Position numbers and translations under genes: made by a program. From Mobula birostris (lineage: Eukaryota): a DNA stretch of 64,000 bases. Location: NCBI RefSeq assembly GCF_030028105.1, contig NC_092378.1, forward strand, positions 35,892,715-35,956,714. The letters are read 5' to 3'. The notes below the pieces were generated by a model. That model worked only from the letters and a program-made list of their open reading frames with translations, had not been told where the DNA came from and did not search any database. Below are positions 37,906-49,380 of this stretch, one piece after another; the first letter of the stretch is position 1; each line of letters begins with the position of its first letter.

Positions 37906-38279
37906 CCAAACACACTGTTACAGTCTCCAGTACATTGAGCTGTGTGCATCGGCCATTTTAAAACTGAACAACTGTAATTTGCAATTAAAGGCATTTGTAA
38001 TTCATCAACTAACTTCAGAAACTAGCTACCCAGCCTAATTTCAGAACCCATGTCTGTTAGACAAGAAAAGGACTGACTTTACCCTATCTTAGCCCTGGTT
38101 CCCTGTACCACCCTGCAAGGGTGCATTTCATTTACTCGTGTCAGATACTGCTCTCCAGATGGAGAGGGGAGATTGTAGGGAGAGAGGAGGTAGGAGCCTC
38201 TGCTACACTTGTTCCCCCTCACAGGTCAAATATAGAGCAGGATTGATGACAGCTTCGAAACAATTGGGTCTCTGAACTC

Positions 38280-38493
38280 ACATCAAAGTTGCTGGTGAAC
38301 GCAGCAGGCCAGGCACCATCTCTAGGAAGAGGTACAGTCGACGTTTCAGGCCGAGACCCTTCGTCAGGACAAGGGTCTCGGCCTGAAACGTCGACTGTAC
38401 CTCTTCCTAGAGATGCTGCCTGGCCTGCTGCGTTCACCAGCAACTTTGATGTGTGTTGCTTGAATTTCCAGCATCTGCAGAATTCTTGTTGTT
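38280..38493. mobile_element. Fold-back Penelope-derived element, near-perfect 81-bp inverted repeat
   Basis: Arms 38281-38361 and 38371-38451 with one mismatch and a 9-nt loop. 15-bp TSD TGGGTCTCTGA(A/C)CTC at 38265-38279 and 38494-38508. Confidence 0.88.
38335..38370 (-). ncRNA. Minimal type I hammerhead ribozyme motif with an intact core
   Basis: Minus strand GUC-CUGACGA-AGG GUCUCGG CCU-GAAAC-GUC-GACUG: stem I GUC/GAC, core CUGANGA and GAAA, stem II AGG/CCU, GUC cleavage triplet, no stem III. Activity cannot be shown from sequence. Confidence 0.7.
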
Positions 38494-38847
38494 TGGGTCT
38501 CTGACCTCCTACGTTCCCTCTTATTTCCTGATGCAGCAATGGACAAAGTGCCATCACATCATTACAAAACAGTTAGTTATAAATCACAGAAAGCTTTTGA
38601 AAAATATAGACAATGAGCTTTATTACATTAATCTTGAATTGCCAAGGCAAGCTTCCCTCAGGGATTAAAGTCTTGTGAATACAGTGCCACTATACTGATA
38701 GGAGCAAATAACAAAACTAGGAAGAATTATCAACACAAGAAATGCTGCCGATGCTGGAAATCCAAAGCAACACACACAAAATACTGGAGGAAGTCAGCAG
38801 CTTTGGCTCCATCCTGAAGAAGGTTCCTGAGCCGAAACATCGATTTC

Positions 38848-39696
38848 TGGGAAGATGGCGGTGCGTTCGATCGCAGTGGTTTCTACTGGGTCAACTGAAG
38901 GTGTTATTGTCCTTTTTAAAACACATTTTTTTAACGATCACTATCCTGCTGGACATTAAGAAGGTCTAACTCATCAGTGAGTTACTCATTGGCAGAGAAA
39001 CTGAAGGAACTGGGCTGCTCGTGACAGAGAGGCATCGGAGGGGCTGCAGCGTGAAAGGCTGCGTTCAGTCTAACAGCGAGTGTTCATCTTCGTTGCTGTT
39101 CTTGCGATTGCAAGACCCTATTGGACATTGTCAATGTAGAACGCTGCAAGATCGATTCACTGATTTGCTGTATTGGCAGACTGCAATGTGGCCTCAGTGG
39201 TAGTGAGGACTAGGCTTCAAGCCGGGGTGTCGCCGGTTTACAGCCGCCCAGGAGAGAGGCGGAGTCGGTGCTGTACGCCGGACACGGTGTGTCGCGATGT
39301 GCAGGCTGGAGTCGGCCCTGTCCGCCGGACACGGTGTGTCACAGTGTGCAGGTCGGAGTGGGTGCTGTACCCCGGACACAGTGTGTCGCGGTGTGCAGGC
39401 TGGAGTCGGCCCTGTCCGCCGGACACGGTATGTCCCGGTGTACAAGCCGGAGTTGGTGCTGCTCAGAAGAAGACAATCGTGTTCAAATTCAGATTTCTGC
39501 AACATTCATGGACTCAGGGTCCTGGACTATATTTTTTTGTGTGACTGTATTTTATAAATCTTATATGTGCTTGCTATCTAATGTGTGCCTTGTGTTGTGT
39601 GTTTTGCACCCAGGCCCCGGAGAAACGTTTCATTTGACCGACTTCATGGGTATTCATGTATGCTTGAATGACAATTAAACTTGAATTTGAACTTGA
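38848..39696 (+). mobile_element. Non-coding, non-autonomous retroelement with AAGATGGCGG head, internal minisatellite and Rex1-like tail
   Basis: Begins GGGAAGATGGCGGTGCG and ends TGACAATTAAACTTGAATTTGAACTTGA, like the tail at 1075-1097. Confidence 0.6.
39261..39462. repeat. 47-bp CpG-rich minisatellite, 4.3 units with A/B alternation
   Basis: Units start at 39261, 39308, 39355, 39402 and 39449 (GGAGTCGG..CTGT.CGCCGGACACGGTGTGTC....TGTGCAGG..). Confidence 0.92.
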
Positions 39697-42600
39697 CTGT
39701 TCATTCTTTTGAATAGATACTGCCTGACTTGCTGAGTTCCTCCAACATTTTGTGTGTATTGCTTAGAAAGAATTATTGCCTGAGGAAAAATAATTTCTAG
39801 CACTTTTGTCAATAATTCCATCCTGACCTACTTATAGCAGAAAGATTTGCTTAGTATTACAATAATGTTCTCTGTTCTTTGTTCTTTGTCAACTGCCTGA
39901 ACAGCCTAGAAAGTCTTGTTCTTTTTATATTTCTGCAAATGCCCTCAATCCAGCATGAAAATATTGCTAAAATTTTTGAGACTGATTCAATTTTACATTG
40001 GCGACGGTACAGGGAGGTTTTGATTTTATGCTCAAGCAGATCTCCAACTCAAAAGTGCTGCACTTTGGAGCTGCTTTTTTCAGAGAAGATAACAAAATGA
40101 GGACCACTAATGCCTTTTTAAATTCGCGTCAAAATGAAATCCTATGGTGCTACTTGAGAAAGAACAGGGAAAAATCTCCTGTTACCTAGAAAACCACTTA
40201 AACTTCAACTAATATATAGAACACACTACCAAACCATTAACTAGATTGTTGTGTTGAAATTACTGTGCACATGGTCCCTACATTACAACTTAGAAAGTTC
40301 TTCAGAAATGTTATCATGTTGGGAAAGATGTTCAAGTGGCACTTTGCCTTAATTAATTTGTCTTCAGGGAAGCAGGAAATAAAATTCTCAACGTGAGTAA
40401 AGCAAATTTTCCATTCTCTTCCACCCAGCCTTTTTTTTCAAATTCAGTTTTGTTTTAACTACTCTTTGTGGAAGTTCTACACAGCAAATTCCACAGCAGA
40501 TTTATCCACAACTATTTTATATTTAGGGCTTGCAGCTTGAAACACTGGGGCAAGGTAACAAAACTTTTCTGTAACATGAAAAGCAATACAAATTTAAAAG
40601 ATCATTTGCAAAAGTTAATCATGGACTTAATATGAGTCTTCTGAAGTCTGTTTCAGAGTCTCCTCATGTCTGATGTGCTAAAGTAGAGAGGAACCTGGAC
40701 ATATGAAATGGTATCCCATGGCATGTACAGCACCCCAGTTGCCACTGATTTGATGTTGGTCAAAACTCCTGTGGACCACAGACAGCATGGAGCACTCTAT
40801 TGTTACTTAAACAAGACCTGACTGAGTTCCTGCTGTTTTGCAGAAACTCGCTTAAAATTCCACAGGAGCCAGCTCATATCCCACAATCGGAAATGTGGAA
40901 TTTAAATTCAATCAAAAGCTATTCACAATGGTTGCCACAAAACTACCAGATTATTTTAAGAACTGTTCAGGGGAGAAAATCTGTCTTCCCATATTTGACT
41001 CCAGACCCACCAATTAAGTGAACTAGCAGAGCAATTCAGTTCAAGACAGTTAAGGATGTACAATAAGTGCTGGTCTCACTTATGACGCCAGAATCAGAAA
41101 ATAATGATTAAACCTTTCAATTTTAATTCACAAAGCTACTGGGTTTTTCTTAATGTAATTGTGTTAATTTTCTCTATTGCTTTTAAGTTACATGTAATTC
41201 ATAAAGTTTCTTATAGATCCTCCCCAGCTTACAAACCTTTGACTCATGCACAACCTGTATATATAGATGAGTGTTTGGAAGACCAGCAGGATGGATTTGC
41301 AGGCTGCTGTGGGCTGCAGGCACCTTCTGCCTGGTGGGAACTCAGGGCACAGCAGAGAAATCAAAGTCATTGAGTTAATCCCCTGTTTAACTACAACTAT
41401 ATTATGTTTTAATATAAATATGTTGATGGGAAGCTACATTTTCAATTTGCAAACTGTTCAGGTCACAGCAGTTCACAGGAACTGCATCCTGTCACAACCT
41501 GGGAAGGACCTGTATCTCACTTCTTCCTTTCTGATTATGTTTTGAATGGCTACATTCAGTTCCCACTCCTATTCTTCATGTAGCCTTGTTACAATTATTC
41601 CTCCTGTTCCAGTGCCAGAACAAATTACTACTGCACAGTGGTTGATGATAAGGCTTTCCTTTGACGAAGGTTTACTGCTAATATGTTCATTCATGTGTGC
41701 CTGGTGACATTTCCCCCAATCGCCCTACAAATGTGCACACACTCCATGGATGTAATTTTGGAGCTCCAAGTCCAAAATTACAGAGTATCAACAATCCCAA
41801 TTTCTCACTGAAGCTCTACGTGACTGGAAAACTCAATGGATCATCTCTTCTCAGACTTCTATTAGTACAAATCCGTGCCAATAAATTCTCCTGCCTGGAA
41901 ATTCGATACTGCTGTGCTGCCCTTTTTTTATTTCAGAAATACGTCTCCATTATCAATTTTCCGTTGAATACATCTTGGTAGCAATCACTTACTGGTGAGA
42001 ATGCACCACTTGCAAAATTGGACTGGGCACTCCTGGTCATGATTCTCATGACTGAGCCTGACATTTTTGCAGCACCAGGCACACATCTAACAACGTCAAT
42101 CCTAATGCACATCAACCTGTTACACTCTGTACAAAAAAGCTGACAACGGGGTCACAGAGTTCTGTTGAAGGGTCTCCAACCAGAAACATTGGCATTCTCC
42201 ACCTGACCCTTGTGTACTTACAACATTTTCTGTTGTTACTTTAAAACTTATACTGCATTACCTTCCTCGTAAGGATATCGCTCAAAGGCTCACTCTGTGG
42301 ACATCATTACTCTTCACAAGACAGTTAACATTCACAAGGAGCACTTAACACACATTCCAAAGTTCCTAGTTCTTGCTCAAATCGCCATATCTATCACAAT
42401 AATCATCACACAAATAGCATGTGAAAGACTAAATGTGCCAGGCAAAGCTGGAGGGTGAATGAAAGGTACAATTGTGTGAACCTATTCCCACATCCTCCCA
42501 ACACCCTCAGCCTCCCTCAACAACACTATAGCTTGCAAGCTGCTCCATCGGCAGGGCCGAGGATTTGCCGCAAACCTTCAAACGTCCTTGGTCTACTACT

Positions 42601-43782
42601 TTAACTATGTAACACTCATGATTGAAGTCCCAAGACTGCCAGTATTAAAGTTAGTCTAAAATAAATCCCTCAAGGCAATCAAAAACATTTACCTTTATAC
42701 AATCAGCACCAACTTTGTGAATTTCACTGAATATTCATGGTATCCAGTCCAACTTCCAAGTTATAATCTACTGACAATGCAAGTATCAGTTGTCACCAAG
42801 ATTAACTTCCTATTTTTCATTCTCCCAATGACACAACATATTCAGGAAACACTGCAAGCTATTGGTGTTAACAGCAGTGACATTTGGCAAGGGATTAGGA
42901 AGCTACGTGCAACATAATTATGGCTGTGCATCAAGTTCCTTATTCTATCAGTCTTGTTTTGCAGTATAGCAACTTCCCTTTCTTTAAATGTCGTTTTGTT
43001 AAAATATTGTCACATGGTAATGGAAGGTCTGAAGCAGAAAACGCATCTGATCTCCTGATCACTTGCAAATGACTGATAGTCTTAGCAGTCTTTTATTGCA
43101 CTATCAGGATGCCTATTGATTTAAAATAATCTCCTCTGCACCCTTGTAACACCCATAAATGAAGCTCTACAAAGAGATTCTGTAGAGAATAAGTTATGGG
43201 CCCAATGCACACCAGGGCAGCAGCCGAGTTCATTAATTTGTATTCTTGGCCTTTCTAATGGCAGCCTGGCAGTGACAGTGTGCTTTGTGCGTGCGCAGTA
43301 TGTACTGTGACTGGAGTCAGCCAACATTGTCTGGGTACTGCTGGCTGCTGGAGGTGGTGGGTGGGAAAACGTGATGACCAGGCAGGAAAGCCCACAATTG
43401 GGCATAAAACTGAGTGTTGTCTCAGTCTCAAAATAGCCACATGGCTTACTTCTGCTCCTTTGTTCTAAACATCTTAAATTCAGCGTGTTGTACTTCTGGT
43501 GAGGATACACTGGTGGTGGAAGGAGCTGCAGTTGCATATTAATGAGAAAGGCTACATTAGGGGAGGTTCAACTTAAAACATCTGTTTAACATGTACTTTC
43601 TCAGCGAGAATTACTGTATGTGAATCTGGTGTGAATGAGGAAAACAATATAAGTAACAAACATACAAAATAACTCAAAATTTAGCAGAGAAACCATACAG
43701 AGAAATGTAATTTGGCTTGTGATTTGGGTAAATCAGGGCTACCAACAGCAACAGTTTCAAATAACTTGGAAAACGTGTAGCT

Positions 43783-43950
43783 CGAGTGGTTGATGGTTGG
43801 GCTGAGTCGTTCTCTGATCTTGGCAATCCATTTACAAATGTTTCGTCACCAAATAAGGAGACATACTGACAACGATGATGATGTCTCCTTGTATTGTGAC
43901 GAAATGTTTGTAAATGGGTTGCCAAGGTCAGAGAACAACCCAACCCAACC
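43783..43950. mobile_element. Inverted Penelope pseudo-LTR pair of a second family, with a degenerate hammerhead motif
   Basis: GGTTGGGCTGAGTCGTTCTCTGATCTTGGCAATCCATTTACAAATGTTTCGTCAC pairs with GTGACGAAATGTTTGTAAATGGGTTGCCAAGGTCAGAGAACAACCCAACC. The right arm has TGATGA-TGTC...GAC-GAAA-TGTT. Confidence 0.65.
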
Positions 43951-44099
43951 AGTATCAGTTTCATTACCTACAGTGGCCCCCTCCACCATTACCACCTGTG
44001 GGCCCCCTTCTCCCATTTTACCTTACCATTCTTCATGATGTACATCTCCCCCTGCCATCTCCCTTCACCATTTCAACATCCTGGTCAATACTTCCATCT

Positions 44100-44520
44100 T
44101 ACTGAAAACCATTCCCTTTCATAGGGCACCTTTGCATCTAACTGCAGGAGCTGAAGTACTTTAAATCCACTTGTGCCATCATCTACTGGCACAAATACTT
44201 TTCATATGAAGCAGCAATTTACTTGTACTTCCTGCAGATTAGTATGCTGAATCCAGTGCTCACAATGGAAAACCAAAGACTGATTACTTGACCACTTTTG
44301 GAATACCTTTGTTCAGTCTACAAGGGTGACCCTCTGAACTTCCAGTTGCCCATCACTTTCATTCTCCTTGCACACTCCTACCTTGACTTTTTTTTGTCTC
44401 TGACCTCCTGCACTTTTCTGACAAAGGTCAACGAAATGTCGAGAAACAGTCTCACACCTTTCAGAAGGTAGAATACAGCGTTCAGGATGTAATGCCAAAT
44501 TCATCAGTTTCAGATATTCA
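44100..44520 (+). mobile_element. Degenerate Penelope GIY-YIG endonuclease region
   Basis: Reads 'FHMKQQFTCTSCRLVC*IQCSQ' and 'ELPVAHHFHSP', resembling the fish Penelope FTCTSxNLVYCIxC...PVAxHFN motifs. Confidence 0.6.
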
Positions 44521-44679
44521 GCTATTCCATTCTTGTAGCTCACGTTTTCAACATTCAGTTTGTTAAAAAGCTTCCTGAATTTCATTCATCATCGCCCACT
44601 TACAACCTTTACTGTCATAACTTACTTTATTCAAGAGACTTCACTGAATTTCAGCCGGTTCCATCACCATTTACAAAAT

Positions 44680-46690
44680 ATGATAAATAAGTAATAAATA
44701 TTGAGAACACGAGTTGTAGAGTCCTTCAAAGTGAATCCATAGCTGTGGAAACAGTTCAGTATTGGAGTGAGTGAAGTCATCCATTTTGGTTCAGGAACCT
44801 GATGGTGTGGGACCCAAAGCTCCTGTACCTCCTTCCTGATGGCAGCAGCGAGGAGTGAGTATGGCCTGGATGGTGGGGGTCCTTGATGATGAAAGTTTCC
44901 TTCTTGTGGCAGCGCTCCTTGTAGGTGAGCTCAATGGTGGGAAGGACTTTACCTGTGATGGACTGGGCTGTATCCGCTACTTTTTGTAGACTTTTCATTT
45001 CAAAGGCATAGTTGTTTCCATACCAAGCAGTGTTAGAGTAGACAGAGAGTATACGTTTCTCAGAGTTGAAATGTCTAATACTAGAGGGCACACATTGAAG
45101 GTGAGAGGGGGTTAAGTTCAAGGAGGATATGAGGGGTAAGTTTTTTTACTCAGAGTGGTGACTACCTGAATGCACTGCCTGGTATGGTGGTAGCAGCAAA
45201 TACATCAGAAGCTTTTAAGAGATCTTGGATAAGCATATGGATGCAAGAAAGATGAAGGGATGTCAGAATCAGAGTCAGGTTTAATATCACTGCTATATGT
45301 TGAGAAATTTGTTAACTCTGCAGCAGCAGTACAATGAAAAACATGATAAATATAGAAAAAAACTGAAACAAAGTATACAGATGTGTACTAAAATAGTTGA
45401 GGTAAGTGGTGCAAAAACAAATAAATATTTTAAAAAAGTAGTGAGTTAGTGCTCATGGGTTCTATGCCCATTTACCAATTGGATGGCAGAGGGGAAGAAG
45501 CTGTTCCTGAAACGTTGAGTGTGTGCCTTCAGGCTTCTGTACCTCATTCCTGGTGGTAACAATGAGAAGAAACAGTGCGTAGGTAGGAAGGATTTAGTGT
45601 TTGGGTATATTTGATTTGTTTTTTAGCTGGTTGGGCACAACACTGTGGGCCAAAAGGCCTGTTCTTGTGTAGTACTATCCTATGTTCTAAGATGAAACCA
45701 GTCAGTATACTTGCCATAAGTATCTATTAAAATTTGTCACAGTTTTAAATGACATGCCAAATCTTCTCAAACTTCTAAGAAAGTAGAGGTGCTGCCATGC
45801 CTTCTTTGTAATGGCACTTGTGTACTGGACCCAGGACAAAGCCTCTGAAATTAAAATGCTGAGAAATTTAAAGTTGCTGACCCTCTCTAACTCTGATACT
45901 CTGATGAGGATTGGCTCACGGACCCCCAGTTTCCTCGTCCTGTAGTCAATAATCAGCTCTTTGGTTTTGCTGATGTTGAGTGAGAGGTTGCTCAGATAGA
46001 TTTCAATCTCCCTCCCATATACTGATTTGTCACCACCCTTAATTTGGCCAACATTAGTGTCATCAGCAAACTTAAATATGGCATGGAGCTGTACTTGGCC
46101 TCACAGTCATAAATATAAAGTGAGCAGAGAACACTGCCTCGTGGTGCACCTCTGCTGATGATGATTGTGGAGGAGATTTTGTTGTCAATCTGAACTGACT
46201 GGGATCTGCAAGTAGAGAAATCGAGGATCAAGTTGCACAAGGAGGTATTGAGCCCTAGGTCTTGGAGCTTATTGATTAGTTCTGAGGGGATGATAGTTTT
46301 GAATGCAGAGCTATAATCAATAAAGAGTATCATGATGTATGCATCTTCACTGCCCAGATGGTCAAGGGTTGAGTGAAGAGTCAATGAAATAGCATCCACT
46401 ATTGACCTATTGTGACATTAGGCAAATTAGAATGGATCCAAGTCACTTCTCAGACAGGAATTGATATGTTCCATCACCGATCTCTCAAAACACTTCTTCA
46501 CAATGGATGTACTGTTCTGGATGGCAATCATTGAGGAGGGTCACCATGTTCTTTGTGGGCACTGGTATAATTGAAGTCTGCTTGAAGCAGGTGGGTACCT
46601 CCGACTGCCGAAGGGAGAAGTTAAATATATCAGTAAACACTCCAGCTAGTTGATTAACACAGGTCTTCAATACCTGGCCAAGTACTCATC
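44680..46690 (-). mobile_element. Rex1-type LINE (RT region to 3' end) with a nested CR1 (+, ~45036-45690) that itself contains a Rex1 3' end (-, ~45265-45570)
   Basis: '[28 protein letters not shown]', 'LFIDYSSAFKTIIPSELINKL' and 'IIKDPHHPGH...LLPSGRRYRS'. Host sequences rejoin across each insert. Confidence 0.8.
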
Positions 46691-46864
46691 CAACAACGCC
46701 GTCAGATAGTGTGACAGCAATCATATTAAGAGTGTCAGCACAAACCACATTCTAGATTAAACTGAAGGGAAAGTACTGGCATCTCCACCTATTAGGATTT
46801 ACTGTCCACAGGCTCCACTACACTATCACCTCTCTGAAGTATTCACTACATATGGGGATGAAGA

Positions 46865-47850
46865 ATATGAACATAGAGATCTTTAGCACATTACAGGCCC
46901 TTCAGCCCACTATGTTGTGCCGATCATGTAACCTACACCAGAAACTGCCTAGAGTTTCCCTACCACATAGCCCTCTATCTTTCTAAGCTCCATGTACCTT
47001 AGAAGATCCTATTGTATCGGCCTCTACCACTGCCATTGGCAGTGCATTCCACAAACCCATCACTCTCTGTGTGGAAACCCCCTATACCTACTTCCAAGCA
47101 CATTAAAACTATGCCCCCTTGTGCTAGCCATTTCAGCACTGGGAAAAAGCCTCTGGCTATCCACATGATCTATGCCTCTTAGCATCTTATACACCTCTAT
47201 CAGGTCACCTCTCATCCTCCGTCGCTCCAAGAATAAAAGGCCAAGTTTACTCAACCTATTGTCATAAGGCATGCTCCCCAATCTAGGCAATGTCCTTGTA
47301 AATCTCCTCTGCAAACCCTCTATATTATCCACATCCTTCCTGTAGTGAGGTGACCGGAACTGAACACAGTACTACAAGTGAGGTCTGACCAAGGTCTTGT
47401 ATAGCTGTAACTTCACCTCATGGCTCTCAAACTCAATCCCATGGTTGATGAAGGCCAACACGCCATACACCTTCTTAACAACACTGTCAACCTGCATAGC
47501 AACTGAGTGTCCTAGGGACACGGACGCCAAGATCTCTTTGATCCTCCACACAGCCAATGTGTATTATTATACACATATATACACCAATATTATAATCTGC
47601 CTTCAAATTTGACCTACTGAAATGAACCACTTCACACTTAACTGGGTTGATCTCCAACTGCCACTTCTCAGCCCAGTTCTGCAACATATCGATGTCCTGC
47701 TGTAATCTCTGACAGCCCTCCAGACTGTCCATGACACCCCCAACTTTTGTGTCATCAGCAAACTTACTAACCTACCCTTCTACTTCCTCATCCAGGTTAT
47801 TTATAAATATCACAGAGAGAAGGGGTCCCAGAACAGATCCCTGCGGAACA
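46865..47850 (-). mobile_element. CR1 3' part
   Basis: [15 protein letters not shown] region at ~47840-47745, 'LQLYKTLVRPHL' and 'RRRMRGDLIEVYK'. Confidence 0.9.
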
Positions 47851-48544
47851 TGTGGCACATATCTTTTACATACACGTTAGATGCACAGGAAATGTTAAAG
47901 CGGATTTTTTAGTCTGCTATATCATTGAAGAGAAACCTTGCTCATGATGCAATGAATCTGATGAAGAGCACACTGTGCTCAAACTTACCTCTAAGAACCA
48001 TTTTCCAGTTCAAAAAGCAACCAGAAAGTTCACTGAGCTGTGAACTTTATCAATGAATGAAAATCTAGGCCAACGAGTGCTTTGTACATGACCTGTTTCC
48101 ACTGACTGAAGAAAATTGATGGAAATGTACTGCTGGTCCCTGCCCTGGGCAGTGGGAGAGCAGTAGTTCATATTAGACTGCTATACACAGTAACGAAGAA
48201 CTTCATCAGAATCAGATTATTTTCATTCTTTTTTCTGAGAAAAGTGTCTCACCTTCTGATACTATTTCACCAGTGGAGTGTGGAAATTAGTGAACCAAAT
48301 CAGGTTTCTGTATATAGATTGCTAAATACTGTACTTAGAATTGCCCAAACTTTGTATCTCTATTTAACTGATATATTAATTTAGATAGATTTACTCATTG
48401 CAATTATTATTTTGCAGAATCTTGGGCAGAGACTGTATACCAGTGTTAAGTTTTGTAATTAACTGCACCACAACATCCAGAAGTTCATTTTAAATTTACA
48501 ATGCTTTGTTGAAGTGAAAATAGGCCAACTTCCACAAATAAAAT

Positions 48545-49380
48545 ACAACACCAACCTCTCACTCAGTGTCGGCAAAACTGAAGAACTGATTCTTGATTAC
48601 AGAAGGAAGAAGCTAGAGGTTCATTAGGGAAACAGAGTTGGAGAGGGTCAGTAGCTTTAAATTCCTTGGCATTAACAAATGAGATGAAATGTCCTGGGAC
48701 CAGTACATAAGAGTCTTCACGAAGAAGGTGCAAAGGCACCTCTACTTTCTTAGAAGTTCGCGTAGATTTGGCATGTCACCAAAACCTTTGACAAACTTCT
48801 AAAGATGCACTGTGGAGAGTATCCAAATTGGTTGCACGTGCTTTGGGAACACCAATACCCAAGAATGCAAAGGCTATAGAAAGTTGTGGATTTTGCCTAG
48901 TCTATCATAGGCAAAGCCTTCCCCACCATTAAATACATTCACATGGAGCACTGCCACAAGAAAGCAGCATCTATTAAATATCCCCACCATCTTTGCCATG
49001 TCATCTTCTCACTACCACCATCAAGTAGGAGGTACAGGGTCCTTAGGAACAGATATTACTCTCTAACCATTAGACTCCTGAACCAGCATAGTTTCAACAC
49101 TACTCGGAATGGATTCTATGACGTACAGACTTACTTTCAGTGACTCTTTACAACTCATGTTCTCAGTATTATTGTTACTTGCACACTGTGTCTTCTGTAC
49201 ATTGGTTGCCTTCTGTACATTGGTTGTCTACCCAGCCTCTATGGGTAGTTTTTTTTTTTAACAAAATTATACTGTTTTTCTGTTTTCCACTAAATACTTG
49301 GATGAGAAATATAAATCACAGGGCAGTATATGGCAACATATGCATACATACTTTGATTATAAATTTACTTTGATATTTGA
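48545..49380 (+). mobile_element. Rex1-type LINE 3' part
   Basis: AGATGCACTGTGGAGAGTAT (RCTVES), 'HHLCHVIFSLPPSSRRYR', tail ATAAATTTACTTTGA. Confidence 0.75.

Larger units (their letters stand above)
38730..39765. mobile_element. Older fold-back hammerhead element split by an ~850-bp insertion
   Basis: The left part ends CTGAAGA-AGGTTCCTGAGCC-GAAAC-ATCGA (38814-38843). It resumes CTGTTCATTC...CTGCCTGACTTGCTGAGTTCCTCC at ~39697. Confidence 0.7.

Noticed and set aside
38280-38493. Pre-miRNA or DNA-transposon MITE
   Set aside because: It is a multi-copy family with long, variable TSDs, asymmetric arms and a hammerhead motif, which fits a Penelope derivative better.
39261-39462. CRISPR-like array
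   Set aside because: The units are contiguous tandem copies with no unique spacers, the context is vertebrate, and there are no cas genes.
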